Positions 18,105 to 27,535 of a stretch of DNA of 49,466 bases are shown here, piece by piece. Each line of letters begins with the position of its first letter. Position 1 is the first letter of the stretch. The stretch is taken from assembly GCA_040880005.1 (NCBI GenBank), contig JBBDJG010000012.1, forward strand, positions 34,984 through 84,449, given 5' to 3'. Made by a program: the position numbers and the translations under genes. Under the pieces are notes generated by a model, which made no database searches, was not told where the DNA came from, and worked only from the letters and a program-made list of their open reading frames with translations. Source of the DNA: Solirubrobacterales bacterium (lineage in GTDB: Bacteria; Actinomycetota; Thermoleophilia; Solirubrobacterales; JBBDJG01).

Positions 18105-19464
18105 GCCGGCCGTAATTGATCGCGCGCAGGCGCCCGCCCCGGCCGGCGGCAACGGAGCGCTCAGGCCGCTTGCGGCGATGCCCGGCCCGAAGTGGCCGCC
18201 GGTCGTGCAGTCACTGGTATTTCTCTCCAACCCGGTGCGCTTCGCCGAGTGGGCGCGGCGGCGCTACGGCCCAGTGTTCCACTTTCGCAGCGCTGTGCTC
18301 GGCGACATGGTCTACGTCTCCGACCCGGCGATCGTCAAGCAGATCTTCACCGGCGATCCGCACAAGATGCGCGCCGGCGCGGCCAACCAGCCGCTGAAGC
18401 CGGTGACGGGGCCGCACTCGATCCTGCTGCTCGACGGCGAGCGCCACATGCGCATGCGCAAGCTGATGCTGCCGCCCTTTCACGGCGAGGCGATCGAGCA
18501 CTACGGAGAGCTGATCTCGGAGATCGCCGAGCGTGAGATCGACCGTTTCCCGATCGGCCGTCCGTTCGCGATCCGCGACCACACCCAGGCGATCACGCTC
18601 GACGTGATCATCCGCGCGGTGTTCGGGATCGACGAGGCCGAGCGCCAGCGCGAGCTGCGCCGGATCCTTCCCGTGCTGTTGGACCTACGCCCCTCGGTCG
18701 TCTTCGAGCGCACGCGCATCGACCTCGGCCCGCGCAGCCCCTGGGGACGCTTCGTACGCGCCAAGCGCCGCACCGACGAGATCCTCTACGACGAGATGGC
18801 GCGCCGTCGTGAGCGCGGCGATTCCGCCGAGCGCGACGACGTCTTCTCGCTGCTGCTGGCGGCGCGCGACGAGCAGGGCAATCCGCTCAGCGACGAGGAG
18901 CTGCGCGACGAGCTTCTGACGCTGCTGGCCGCCGGCCACGAGACGACCGCGACCGCGCTCGCCTGGGTGTTCGAGCGCCTCGTGCGCCACCCTGACAAGA
19001 TGGCCCGGCTGCGCGAGGACATCACCTCGGGCGCCGGCTCCTACCTGGAGGCGACGATCAAGGAGACGCTGCGCGTGCGCCCGGTGATCATGGACGTCGG
19101 CCGCAAGACGAGCGAGTCGGTCGAGCTGGCCGGCTACGAGATCCCGCCGGGAATCATCCTCACGCCGTCGATCGGGCTCGTGCACCTGTTGCCCGAGATC
19201 TACCCTGACCCGCACGAGTTCCGGCCGGAGCGCTTCCTGGGGGAAGGCGCGCCCGAGCCCTACACCTGGATCCCGTTCGGCGGCGGCGTGCGCCGCTGCA
19301 TCGGCGCGGCCTTCGCCCAGTACGAGATGCAGCTCGTGATCCCGGCGATCCTGCGCAGGGTCGATTTGCGCGCCGCGCGCTCCAAGCCCGAGCGGCAGAG
19401 CGTTCGCGGCGTGACGCTGGCGCCTAGCCGCGGCGGCGAGGTCATCGCGAGCAAGTCCGAGTAG
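18097..19464 (+). CDS. Cytochrome P450
   Basis: AGHETT, ETLR, PERF, FGGGVRRCIG; 8-bp overlap with the upstream gene. Confidence 0.96.
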   Translation: MAEPAVIDRAQAPAPAGGNGALRPLAAMPGPKWPPVVQSLVFLSNPVRFAEWARRRYGPVFHFRSAVLGDMVYVSDPAIVKQIFTGDPHKMRAGAANQPLKPVTGPHSILLLDGERHMRMRKLMLPPFHGEAIEHYGELISEIAEREIDRFPIGRPFAIRDHTQAITLDVIIRAVFGIDEAERQRELRRILPVLLDLRPSVVFERTRIDLGPRSPWGRFVRAKRRTDEILYDEMARRRERGDSAERDDVFSLLLAARDEQGNPLSDEELRDELLTLLAAGHETTATALAWVFERLVRHPDKMARLREDITSGAGSYLEATIKETLRVRPVIMDVGRKTSESVELAGYEIPPGIILTPSIGLVHLLPEIYPDPHEFRPERFLGEGAPEPYTWIPFGGGVRRCIGAAFAQYEMQLVIPAILRRVDLRAARSKPERQSVRGVTLAPSRGGEVIASKSE

Positions 19465-19491
19465 GGTCCCGAGCAGGCGAGGAGACCCCAG

Positions 19492-20820
19492 TTGCTTCGT
19501 GAAGACACCGCTCGCACCACATTGGCGCCACCGCCGGGGCCGCGCTCGCCGGCGCCCGTCCAGCTCGCACAGCGCTTCCTGACGACGACCCGCTTTGCCG
19601 AGCGCTGTGTCGAGCGCTACGGCCACATCTACATGCTTCGCATGCCGGGTGGCGAGCGCGTCGTCCAGGTATCCGATCCCGACGCGATCAAGCAGATCTT
19701 CACCGCGCCGAAGGGAACCTTCGACGTTGGCAGCGGCGGCAACGCGCTGCTGATGCCGCTCGTCGGCAGCGATTCGCTGCTCACCCTCGACGGCGACCGC
19801 CACCTTCACCACCGGCGCCTGCTGCTTCCGCCCCTGCATGGTGAGCGCATGCGCGGCTATCGCGACCTGATGGTCGAGGTCACCGAAAACGCGATGGCGA
19901 GCTGGCCGGTGGACAGGCCGTTCGCGATCCACCCGCAAATGCGCGACATCACGCTCGACGTGATCATCCGTGCCGTCTTCGGCGTGAAGGAAGCGACCCG
20001 TCAGGACGAGCTGCGCCAGGCGCTGCGCGAGATCCTCGACCTGGGCCAGGGGACGATCGCGTTCGCCCCATGGATCCGCCACTGGGTGCACAGACCCTGG
20101 GTCAAGTTCCTCGAGCTGCGCGAGCGCGTCGACGAGCTGCTCTACCAGGAGATCGCACGTCGTCGCGGCGAGCCCGACCTGGCCGAGCGCGAGGACATCC
20201 TCTCCCTGCTGCTCCAGGCGCACTACGAGGATGGCTCGCCGATGTCCGACAAGGAGTTGCGCGACGAGCTGGTCACGATGCTGGTCGCCGGGCACGAGAC
20301 GACCGCCACCGGGCTGGCATGGACCTTCGACCTGATCCTGCACGACGAGCGCGTGATGGAGCGGCTGCTCGGATCGCTCGACGAAGGCGACGAGTATCTG
20401 GACGCCGTCATCGCCGAGGCCCTGCGGATCCGGCCCGTGATCGCGCAGATCTCACGCAAGCCGCGGGAAGCGTTCGAGCTCGGCGGCTACACGATCCCTT
20501 CCGGGGCGCTGGTAGCGCCGAACATCGCGCTTGTGCATCGGCGAGGGGACCTGTATCCGGAGCCGAACGCCTTCAAGCCTGAGCGTTTCCTCGACGACGG
20601 GCCCGACACATACACCTGGCTCCCCTTCGGTGGCGGCGTTCGCCGCTGTGCGGGCGCCGCCTTTGCGACGTTCGAGATGGGCATCGTGCTTCGCACGGTG
20701 CTCCAACGGGCAAAGCTGCGCGCGGCCGACCCGGAGCCCGAGCAACCTCATCCGCGAGCGGTCACGATCGCCCCGCGCAACGGAACGACGGTGGTCGCAG
20801 AGCGGATCGACCTGCGCTAG
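19492..20820 (+). CDS. Cytochrome P450
   Basis: AGHETT, EALR, PERF, FGGGVRRCAG; GAGGAG RBS before the TTG start. Confidence 0.95.
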   Translation: MLREDTARTTLAPPPGPRSPAPVQLAQRFLTTTRFAERCVERYGHIYMLRMPGGERVVQVSDPDAIKQIFTAPKGTFDVGSGGNALLMPLVGSDSLLTLDGDRHLHHRRLLLPPLHGERMRGYRDLMVEVTENAMASWPVDRPFAIHPQMRDITLDVIIRAVFGVKEATRQDELRQALREILDLGQGTIAFAPWIRHWVHRPWVKFLELRERVDELLYQEIARRRGEPDLAEREDILSLLLQAHYEDGSPMSDKELRDELVTMLVAGHETTATGLAWTFDLILHDERVMERLLGSLDEGDEYLDAVIAEALRIRPVIAQISRKPREAFELGGYTIPSGALVAPNIALVHRRGDLYPEPNAFKPERFLDDGPDTYTWLPFGGGVRRCAGAAFATFEMGIVLRTVLQRAKLRAADPEPEQPHPRAVTIAPRNGTTVVAERIDLR

Positions 20821-20829
20821 CGGGGTCTG

Positions 20830-21642
20830 TTACGCGACAAGCTGTTGGCGCAGCGCGCTGACGCGCTCGCGTGCCTCGACGTCGCCGAGTCGCGACAGCA
20901 GCTCGTTCGCCAGTGACACGTAGTCGGTGCCCAACTCGGGCTTGTAGTCGAGGATCGAGACGCCGCGCTCGGCCGACTCGGGGTAGCGCACCGACTTGCG
21001 GATGATCGTCTGGAAGACCTTCTCGCCGAAGCTCTCGCGCAGGTTCTGGTAGCTCTCGCGCGTGTGTACGACGCGCAGGTCGGCGATGTTCATCACGACA
21101 CCGAGCCATTCGAGCTGCTCGTTGAGGCTCTCCTTGGCGATCTCCATCACCTGGAGCACCTGCTCGACGCCCTGCAACGAGAAGTACTCGCCTTCGGCGG
21201 TGATGATCGCGTGCGTCGCCGCCACCAGGGCGTTAACGGTCAGAAGGCCAAGCGTCGGCGGGCAGTCGATCAGGATCATGTCGTGCTCGCGACGCGACTC
21301 GAGCAGCGCGCGCTTGAGCGTCAGCTCACGGCCCATCTTGCCGGCCAGCACCAGCTCCGCCTCGGCGAGGCTGAGGTTCGCCGGCAACATGCCGCGATGG
21401 ATCGCGTCAACCGAGCGGGCGCGGCCGGAGAGCACCTCGCCGATCGTCGGCGAGGCGTCCGGCTCGACGTCGAAGTAGTCGCTGAGATTGCCCTGCGGGT
21501 CGAGATCGACCGGCAGCACATCCATCCCGGCGCGGCGCATCACGTCGGTCAGGTGGCGCACCAGCGTCGTCTTGCCGGTTCCTCCCTTCTGGGAGAGGAC
21601 CGCGACCACGGGACAGGGGGCTGGCAGGATGGTCGGCTGCAT
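20830..21642 (-). CDS. ParA/Soj-family ATPase (orphan)
   Basis: QKGGTGKTT, DLDPQGNL, IDCPPTLG; no adjacent parB. Confidence 0.92.
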   Translation of the reverse strand: MQPTILPAPCPVVAVLSQKGGTGKTTLVRHLTDVMRRAGMDVLPVDLDPQGNLSDYFDVEPDASPTIGEVLSGRARSVDAIHRGMLPANLSLAEAELVLAGKMGRELTLKRALLESRREHDMILIDCPPTLGLLTVNALVAATHAIITAEGEYFSLQGVEQVLQVMEIAKESLNEQLEWLGVVMNIADLRVVHTRESYQNLRESFGEKVFQTIIRKSVRYPESAERGVSILDYKPELGTDYVSLANELLSRLGDVEARERVSALRQQLVA

Positions 21643-21903
21643 GTCGGCGCCTACCGTACCCCATGGCGAAGCCTTGGCGGTACCGCCCGTCGGGCCGGGC
21701 TGCGGCCCGCCGCCGTCGCTAAAGTTCCGCCAATTTGCGGGAAATCAGGCGGCCATCCGGTCCCCTCAGCTGCCGCCGTCGGGGCCCTGCGCCAGACTTT
21801 CGCCGAGTTCCTTCTCTCCGGGCGTGCGCTCAAATATAATTCAGAGCCGCAAATGAACCCGTCGCGCGCCCGCTCGGAGCAAGGCGCGGACCCGGGAGGA
21901 TAA

Positions 21904-24900
21904 TTGAGTAACGAGCAGTCACGCCATTACTCGTCAACGCAAGCGTACCGCCCGCTGCGCGCGCCGCAGACCGTTGAGGACAACGACGCCTGTGCATTGT
22001 ACGCAGCCGTGCGCAAGGACGGCAAGTCGTCGCATGACGTGATCGAGAGAGGCTTCGCCGCCCTCCAGAAGATGCTTCACCGCGCCGGCAACGTCGATGG
22101 CGAGGGCGACGGCTGCGGCGCGATGGTGGACATCCCGCGCGCGATCTGGCAGGAAGAGGTGCGGGCGGGGGGCCACGCTCCGAGCCTGGCGCTCGATCCG
22201 GCCTTTGCCGTCGCCCACGTGTTCGCTTCGCGCAAGCGCGACTTTGCCCAGATCAAGCAGAAGGCCTACGAGATCTTCAAAAAAGGCGGACTGCGGATCC
22301 TCGCCGAGCGCGAGGATCACGTCGACAGCTCGGCGCTCGGCGCGACCGCGCGCGAGGAGGAGCCGCATTTCTGGCAGGTCGGCGTGCTGGTGCCCGATGT
22401 CGAGTCACGCGACCGCGTGCTGTTCGACGTGATGATCGAGCTGGAGCAGAAGCTCGACCTGCACGTCGCCTCGTTCTCCGCTGAGAGCTGCGTGTACAAG
22501 GTGATGGGCGCGCCGAAGGTGCTCCAACTCTACTTCAACGACCTCAACGACCCGAGCGCAGAGACCGTTTCGCTGCTCGGGCACAACCGCTATTCGACCA
22601 ACACGTGGCCCTCGTTCATGCGCGTGCAGCCGTTCGCGATGCTCGGCCACAACGGAGAGATCAACACGATCGCCCGGCTGCGCATGGAGGCGAGGATGCT
22701 GGGCGTGCCGATCCACGAGCAGTCGTCGGACTCCCAGGATCTCAACCGCCTGATCGAGACGCTCGTCAACCGCCGCGGGCTCTCGCTGCCGGAGGCGATG
22801 GAGCTGGCCGTGCCGCCGATCGTCAACGAGATCCGCCAGTTCCCGGAGGAGCTGCGCGGCTTCTACATGTACCTGCGCCAGGCGATGGGGCCCTTCGCCC
22901 AGGGACCGATCGCGCTGATCTCGCGACACGGCGACGAGCACGTGTTCTCTGCCGACGCCTTGGGTCTGCGCCCGCTGTGGCAGATCGACGCCAGCGACGC
23001 GTGGGTGTTCAGCTCCGAACCGGGCGTCGTGGCGATTGCCGACATGGTCGCCGACCCGAAGCCGTTGTCGCCCGGCGAGAAAGTGTTCGTGAGGGTCAAG
23101 CGCGATCGCCAGGCGCGCCTCTACGACCATCAGCAGATGCAGCGCGTGGTGCACGAGCGCTGGCTGGCGCGCACGGGCTCGAGCCAGGTTGCGCCCGGCT
23201 TCGAGCAGGCGCTTCCGACCGGCGGCCCGCTCGAGGGCGAGGAGATCCCCGGCTACGACGCGGCCGGCCCGGCGGAGCCGGTCAAGGTGGAGGACAAGGT
23301 CCTGGCAGGTTTCGGTTGGCAGCGCGAAGACACCAAGCTGGTGCAGCAGATGGCATCGAACGGCCAGGAGCCAATCGGATCGCTCGGCTACGACGGGCCG
23401 CTCGCGGCTCTCTCACCCGAGCGCCAGAACCTCGCTGACTACTTCAAGGAGACCGTTGCTGTCGTTACCAACCCGGCGATCGACCGCGAACGTGAGATCG
23501 AGCACTTCTCCTGTCGCGCCGTGTTCGGCGCGCGACCCTCGATCGACGATCCGGCCGGCGATCCGCGCACGATCGAAACAGCGTTCCCGATCATCCTCGG
23601 CGGGCACCACGGCATGGCGCCGCTCTCCGACTCGGTGTATCGCCGTGTCGCGAAAGAGCACAAGACCTATCTGCTCGAGGACCTGTGGGAGACCTTCAAG
23701 GGCCGCTGCGCGGTGCTCGACATCTCGTTGCTCGACGCAGAGAAGACCGATGGTGCGCTCGAGCGGCTCAAGTACGAGGCGGCCAAGAAGGTGCTCGACG
23801 GTGCCGAGCTGCTGGTGCTCTCCGACCGCACGGCCCGCGACGGCGAGCGCCCCTTCCTCGACCCGCACCTGGCGGTGTCCGCGATCGACGGCGCGCTTCG
23901 CGAGTACCGCGTCGGGGAGGGAGAGGAGAACCTGCGCCGTAGCACGTCGATCGTGCTGCGCTCGGGAGCGATCCGCAACGTGCACGACGTCTGCATGGCT
24001 TTGGGTCTGGGTGCGGACGGTGTCTGCCCTTACGTGATGCTCAAGGTCATCTGCGTTGACGACTACGAGACCGACATCTCCAACATGTGCGCGGCGCTGC
24101 GCAAGGGCATCGAGAAGGTGCTCTCGACGCTCGGCATCCACGAGGTACGTGGCTACGCGCGGCTGTTCAGCTCGATCGGCCTCAAGCCGGAGCTGGCCAA
24201 GATCTTCGACACGCCCGCCTACTACGGCTCGGCGGAGGCCGGCACCGGTTTCGCCGAGCTGGACACCGAGGCGGCCGTGCGACAGGCGATCTTTGCCAGC
24301 GAGGGCGACGGCAAGCCTGCCAAGACTCCGCGCTTTTACCCGAAGGTCTACAAAGCGGCGATCGCCGCGGCAAACGGATCGATGGAGTTCGCCGAGTACT
24401 CGGAGAAGGTGCGCGAGCTAGAGCACGAGCAGCCGATTTCGATGCGGCACATAGTGGACTTGCGCTCCGATCGCGAGCCGATCGACCCCTCGCAGGTCGA
24501 TGCCGGGGTCGGACACCATGACTTCCCGATCGTGATCAGCTCGATGTCGTTCGGCTCGCAGGGGGAGACCGCGTTCCGCGCCTACCCGGAGGCGGCCAAG
24601 CAGATCAACATCGTGTGCGTAAACGGCGAGGGCGGCGAGATCCGCGACATGTACGGCAAGTACACCAAGTGGCGTGGTCAGCAGGTCGCCTCGGGTCGCT
24701 TCGGTGTCACGAACGAAATGCTGAACTCCTCCTACCTGGTCGAGATCAAGATCGGCCAAGGCGCCAAGCCCGGCGAGGGAGGGCATCTACCGGCTCGCAA
24801 GGTGACCGACAAAGTCGCTGCCGCACGTAATGCGACGGCCGGCACGGATCTGATCTCGCCCTCCAACAATCACGATCTGTACTCGATCGAGGACCTCGCC

Positions 24901-26664
24901 GAGCTGATCGACGAGTTGAAGACGGCGAATCCCGACGTGCGTGTGTCGGTCAAGGTGCCGTGCGTGCCGAACATCGGCACGATCGGCGTCGGCATCGCCA
25001 AGGCGGGCGCCGACATCATCACCCTGTCCGGATTCGAAGGCGGAACCGGCGCCGCGCGCCAGCACGCGCTGCGTCACGTCGGCCTGCCCTCCGACATCGC
25101 CACGCGCGCGGTGCACCTCGCGCTGATGGAAACCGGCATTCGCAACCGTGTCGAGATCTGGGCCGACGGCGGCTATCGCCACGGCCGGGACATCGTCAAG
25201 ATGCACTGCCTCGGCGCCAACCGTGTCGCGTTCGGGACCCTGGCGATGGTGTCGCTCGGCTGCACGATCTGCCGTGGTTGCCAGCTCGACACCTGCCACG
25301 TTGGCATTGCCACACAGATCGAGACGATCGAGGAGGCGGACGAGAAAGGACTGAAGAAGTTCACGCCGCAAGAGCTCGATAGCGCCGTCGAGAACTGCGC
25401 CCGCTTCTTCAAAGGCATGGGTGATGAGGTGCGCGAGGTCGTGGCCCAGCTTGGCTACGAGCGGGCCCAGGATCTGGTCGGTCGCTCCGACCTGCTCGTG
25501 CAGGCGCGTCACCGCGGCGGCATCGACCTGACCGAGATGATCCAGCCGCTCGAGCAGATGCTCGATCTCGAGCCGATCGACATGCCGGTGCCTTCGGCCG
25601 AGGAGGAGCGCGAGGAGGCCGGCATGATCGTCGCGCGGCCGATCCGCATGGAGGCCAAGGAGGCCTCGGGCGAGATCGCCGCGCTTGCCGACGACATCTG
25701 CGGCGGACTCGCCAGTCTCTCGACTGGCGAGTTGAAAAAAACCGGTTTTCGCTCAGGCGCGAAAACCGGGAGCTCTGAGAGTCCGAGCAAGGGCGAGGTT
25801 TCCAAGTCCTCCGGCCACGTCACCTACGAGTTTCCTCGCTCCGTCGATGCAAACGATCGTGTGCTGGGCACCGGATTGGCCGGCGCGTTGTCTCGCGCTC
25901 GCATATTCCATCCCGAAGGCGCCCCCGCGTCCGACATGACCTCCCTCGCCGATCTCGAGTTCGACTCGGGAGGCTCGATCGGCGGTTCGGGGCTCGGTGC
26001 GTTCAACGTCTGGGGCGTGGACATCCGGGTCGAGGGAGGGGCCCAGGATGGCGTCGGGAAGGCCATGCTGGGCGGAACGATCTCGATCATGAAGGGCCGC
26101 GGACGCAACGGCAAGCGCGTCAACGGCTCCGTCGGCAAGTCCTTCGCCTACGGCGCGCAACGGGGGCGCTTCTTCGTTCAGGGCGACGCCGACTCACGCT
26201 TCTGCATCCGTCTGTCAGGCGCGGACGTGGTGATCGGCGGCGAGCCGCGCGGCCCGATCCACGACGAGCTGGGCGGGATAGCGGACCGGGCCAACATCAA
26301 GGGCTTCGCGTTCGAGTACATGACCGCCGGGCGCGCCGTCGTGCTGGGTGACATCGGCCCGTGGGCGTGTGCCGGCCAGACCGGGGGACGCGTTTACACG
26401 CGCGTCAACGACGAGTGGGGCCTCGACCGGGCGGCGATCGAGCGCCGACTCGGAAAGGGCGCGAAGGTCGAGATCAAGGATCTCGACAAGCAGGGAGGCT
26501 CCGAGCTACGCGAGCTGCTCGAGCGCTACGCCAGCGAACTCAAGCGCTCAGACCAGCACGACGAAGCGGCCCGCATTCGTGGAATCGCGGGCGAACCCGT
26601 CAAGCACTTCGTGATGCTGGTCCCGCTGCAAGAGCAGACGGACCCGAGCATCTCGACCGAGTAG
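21904..26664 (+). CDS. gltB: Glutamate synthase large subunit-like protein (GATase, central, FMN/3Fe-4S and GXGXG domains)
   Basis: EDNDAC (N-terminal Cys after processing), HNRYSTNT, HNGEINT, VTNPAID, MSFGS, QQVASGRFGV, KIGQGAKPGEGGHLP, CTICRGCQLDTC, FEYMTAG; TATAAT at 21835 and GGAGG RBS. Confidence 0.93.
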   Translation: MSNEQSRHYSSTQAYRPLRAPQTVEDNDACALYAAVRKDGKSSHDVIERGFAALQKMLHRAGNVDGEGDGCGAMVDIPRAIWQEEVRAGGHAPSLALDPAFAVAHVFASRKRDFAQIKQKAYEIFKKGGLRILAEREDHVDSSALGATAREEEPHFWQVGVLVPDVESRDRVLFDVMIELEQKLDLHVASFSAESCVYKVMGAPKVLQLYFNDLNDPSAETVSLLGHNRYSTNTWPSFMRVQPFAMLGHNGEINTIARLRMEARMLGVPIHEQSSDSQDLNRLIETLVNRRGLSLPEAMELAVPPIVNEIRQFPEELRGFYMYLRQAMGPFAQGPIALISRHGDEHVFSADALGLRPLWQIDASDAWVFSSEPGVVAIADMVADPKPLSPGEKVFVRVKRDRQARLYDHQQMQRVVHERWLARTGSSQVAPGFEQALPTGGPLEGEEIPGYDAAGPAEPVKVEDKVLAGFGWQREDTKLVQQMASNGQEPIGSLGYDGPLAALSPERQNLADYFKETVAVVTNPAIDREREIEHFSCRAVFGARPSIDDPAGDPRTIETAFPIILGGHHGMAPLSDSVYRRVAKEHKTYLLEDLWETFKGRCAVLDISLLDAEKTDGALERLKYEAAKKVLDGAELLVLSDRTARDGERPFLDPHLAVSAIDGALREYRVGEGEENLRRSTSIVLRSGAIRNVHDVCMALGLGADGVCPYVMLKVICVDDYETDISNMCAALRKGIEKVLSTLGIHEVRGYARLFSSIGLKPELAKIFDTPAYYGSAEAGTGFAELDTEAAVRQAIFASEGDGKPAKTPRFYPKVYKAAIAAANGSMEFAEYSEKVRELEHEQPISMRHIVDLRSDREPIDPSQVDAGVGHHDFPIVISSMSFGSQGETAFRAYPEAAKQINIVCVNGEGGEIRDMYGKYTKWRGQQVASGRFGVTNEMLNSSYLVEIKIGQGAKPGEGGHLPARKVTDKVAAARNATAGTDLISPSNNHDLYSIEDLAELIDELKTANPDVRVSVKVPCVPNIGTIGVGIAKAGADIITLSGFEGGTGAARQHALRHVGLPSDIATRAVHLALMETGIRNRVEIWADGGYRHGRDIVKMHCLGANRVAFGTLAMVSLGCTICRGCQLDTCHVGIATQIETIEEADEKGLKKFTPQELDSAVENCARFFKGMGDEVREVVAQLGYERAQDLVGRSDLLVQARHRGGIDLTEMIQPLEQMLDLEPIDMPVPSAEEEREEAGMIVARPIRMEAKEASGEIAALADDICGGLASLSTGELKKTGFRSGAKTGSSESPSKGEVSKSSGHVTYEFPRSVDANDRVLGTGLAGALSRARIFHPEGAPASDMTSLADLEFDSGGSIGGSGLGAFNVWGVDIRVEGGAQDGVGKAMLGGTISIMKGRGRNGKRVNGSVGKSFAYGAQRGRFFVQGDADSRFCIRLSGADVVIGGEPRGPIHDELGGIADRANIKGFAFEYMTAGRAVVLGDIGPWACAGQTGGRVYTRVNDEWGLDRAAIERRLGKGAKVEIKDLDKQGGSELRELLERYASELKRSDQHDEAARIRGIAGEPVKHFVMLVPLQEQTDPSISTE
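25707..25769. repeat. Two tandem perfect 11-bp-stem hairpins inside gltB
   Basis: ACTCGCCAGTC-TCTC-GACTGGCGAGT and CCGGTTTTCGC-TCAGGC-GCGAAAACCGG separated by an A7 tract. Confidence 0.85.
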
Positions 26665-26718
26665 CAAAGGGCCGGGCGCGGGCGCGGCCCGGCGCCAATC
26701 GCCCGGCCGCGCTTTGCC
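26664..26718. terminator. GC-rich hairpin between convergent gltB and FHA genes
   Basis: GCAAAG-GGCCGGGCG...CGCCCGGCC-GCG-CTTTGC arms; no long U tract. Confidence 0.4.
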
Positions 26719-26732
26719 ACAGGCTCGATCCT

Positions 26733-27305
26733 CTAGGCCAGGGCCTTGTTTGCGTCTGCGCCCTTGTGGGCGGAGGCGCCTGTCGTATCGAGGAAGTGGA
26801 GCCTGTAACGGCCAATAACGAGCTCGTCGCTGTCTTGGAGCTGACCCCATTCGACGCGTTCACCATTGAGAAAAACGCCGTTGAGGCTGCGATCGTCGAG
26901 CACGCGGACGCTGCCACTTTGACGGACGATCAATGCATGACGTCGTGACACGGTCGGGTCGTCGAAGCGAATGTCGGAAGCGAGGCTGCGGCCGACCTTG
27001 GTCCACTCACGCGACAGCGGTATGACCGTGACGCGGTCGTCGTCGCGAAACGCGAGGTAGTGGCCGAAATCGTCCAGCTCGGTGCGAACGGTCTCGACCC
27101 ACTCGCTGTCCTCCTCGCCTTGCAGTCCCGGCGGCTCGCGGTCTCCGGACAACTCGAACAGTGAGGCTCGCACGAATGCGGCCGCGCCACAGTTCGGGCA
27201 TTCCGGCACGTGCTCGAGCGAATCGAGTGCCACTGCGTAGCTGCACTCAGTGCATCGAAATGAGCCCGCCCCAGCCAGCGTCCCCGTGGAGTACGTCTCT
27301 TTCAA
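26733..27305 (-). CDS. Zinc-ribbon plus FHA domain protein (GarA/OdhI-like FHA)
   Basis: CTEC...CPNC, then VGR, DDPTVSRRHA, SLNGVFLNG, IGRYRL; GGAGG RBS before the TTG start. Confidence 0.88.
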   Translation of the reverse strand: MKETYSTGTLAGAGSFRCTECSYAVALDSLEHVPECPNCGAAAFVRASLFELSGDREPPGLQGEEDSEWVETVRTELDDFGHYLAFRDDDRVTVIPLSREWTKVGRSLASDIRFDDPTVSRRHALIVRQSGSVRVLDDRSLNGVFLNGERVEWGQLQDSDELVIGRYRLHFLDTTGASAHKGADANKALA

Positions 27306-27535
27306 TGTTCCTCCCTCAGTCTGCCTGCTTGGCGTTAGCGTCCCTGCAGGCCCCGGAACGATCCTTCAGGAGACCGCTGCATCCACAAACCTTGTGAGGA
27401 TTCTAACTTCCTCGCGACCGCCGACTCAATGGCCGAGGGCAAAAAAACCTCCAATTTACGGGTGTTTGCGACCTCCGGGGTCGAGTTTGCGGCTCGGCCA
27501 GTAGGTGAAGAGCGCGCGGCGCAGAATCCCTCGGC

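Noticed and set aside
20830-21642. Plasmid or chromosome partition locus
   Set aside because: No parB, parS or rep; flanked by chromosomal metabolic genes
27345-27381. Glutamine (glnA) riboswitch, suggested by ATCGTTC and GAAGGA on the minus strand
   Set aside because: The motifs are in the wrong order and the CGGAAG core is absent
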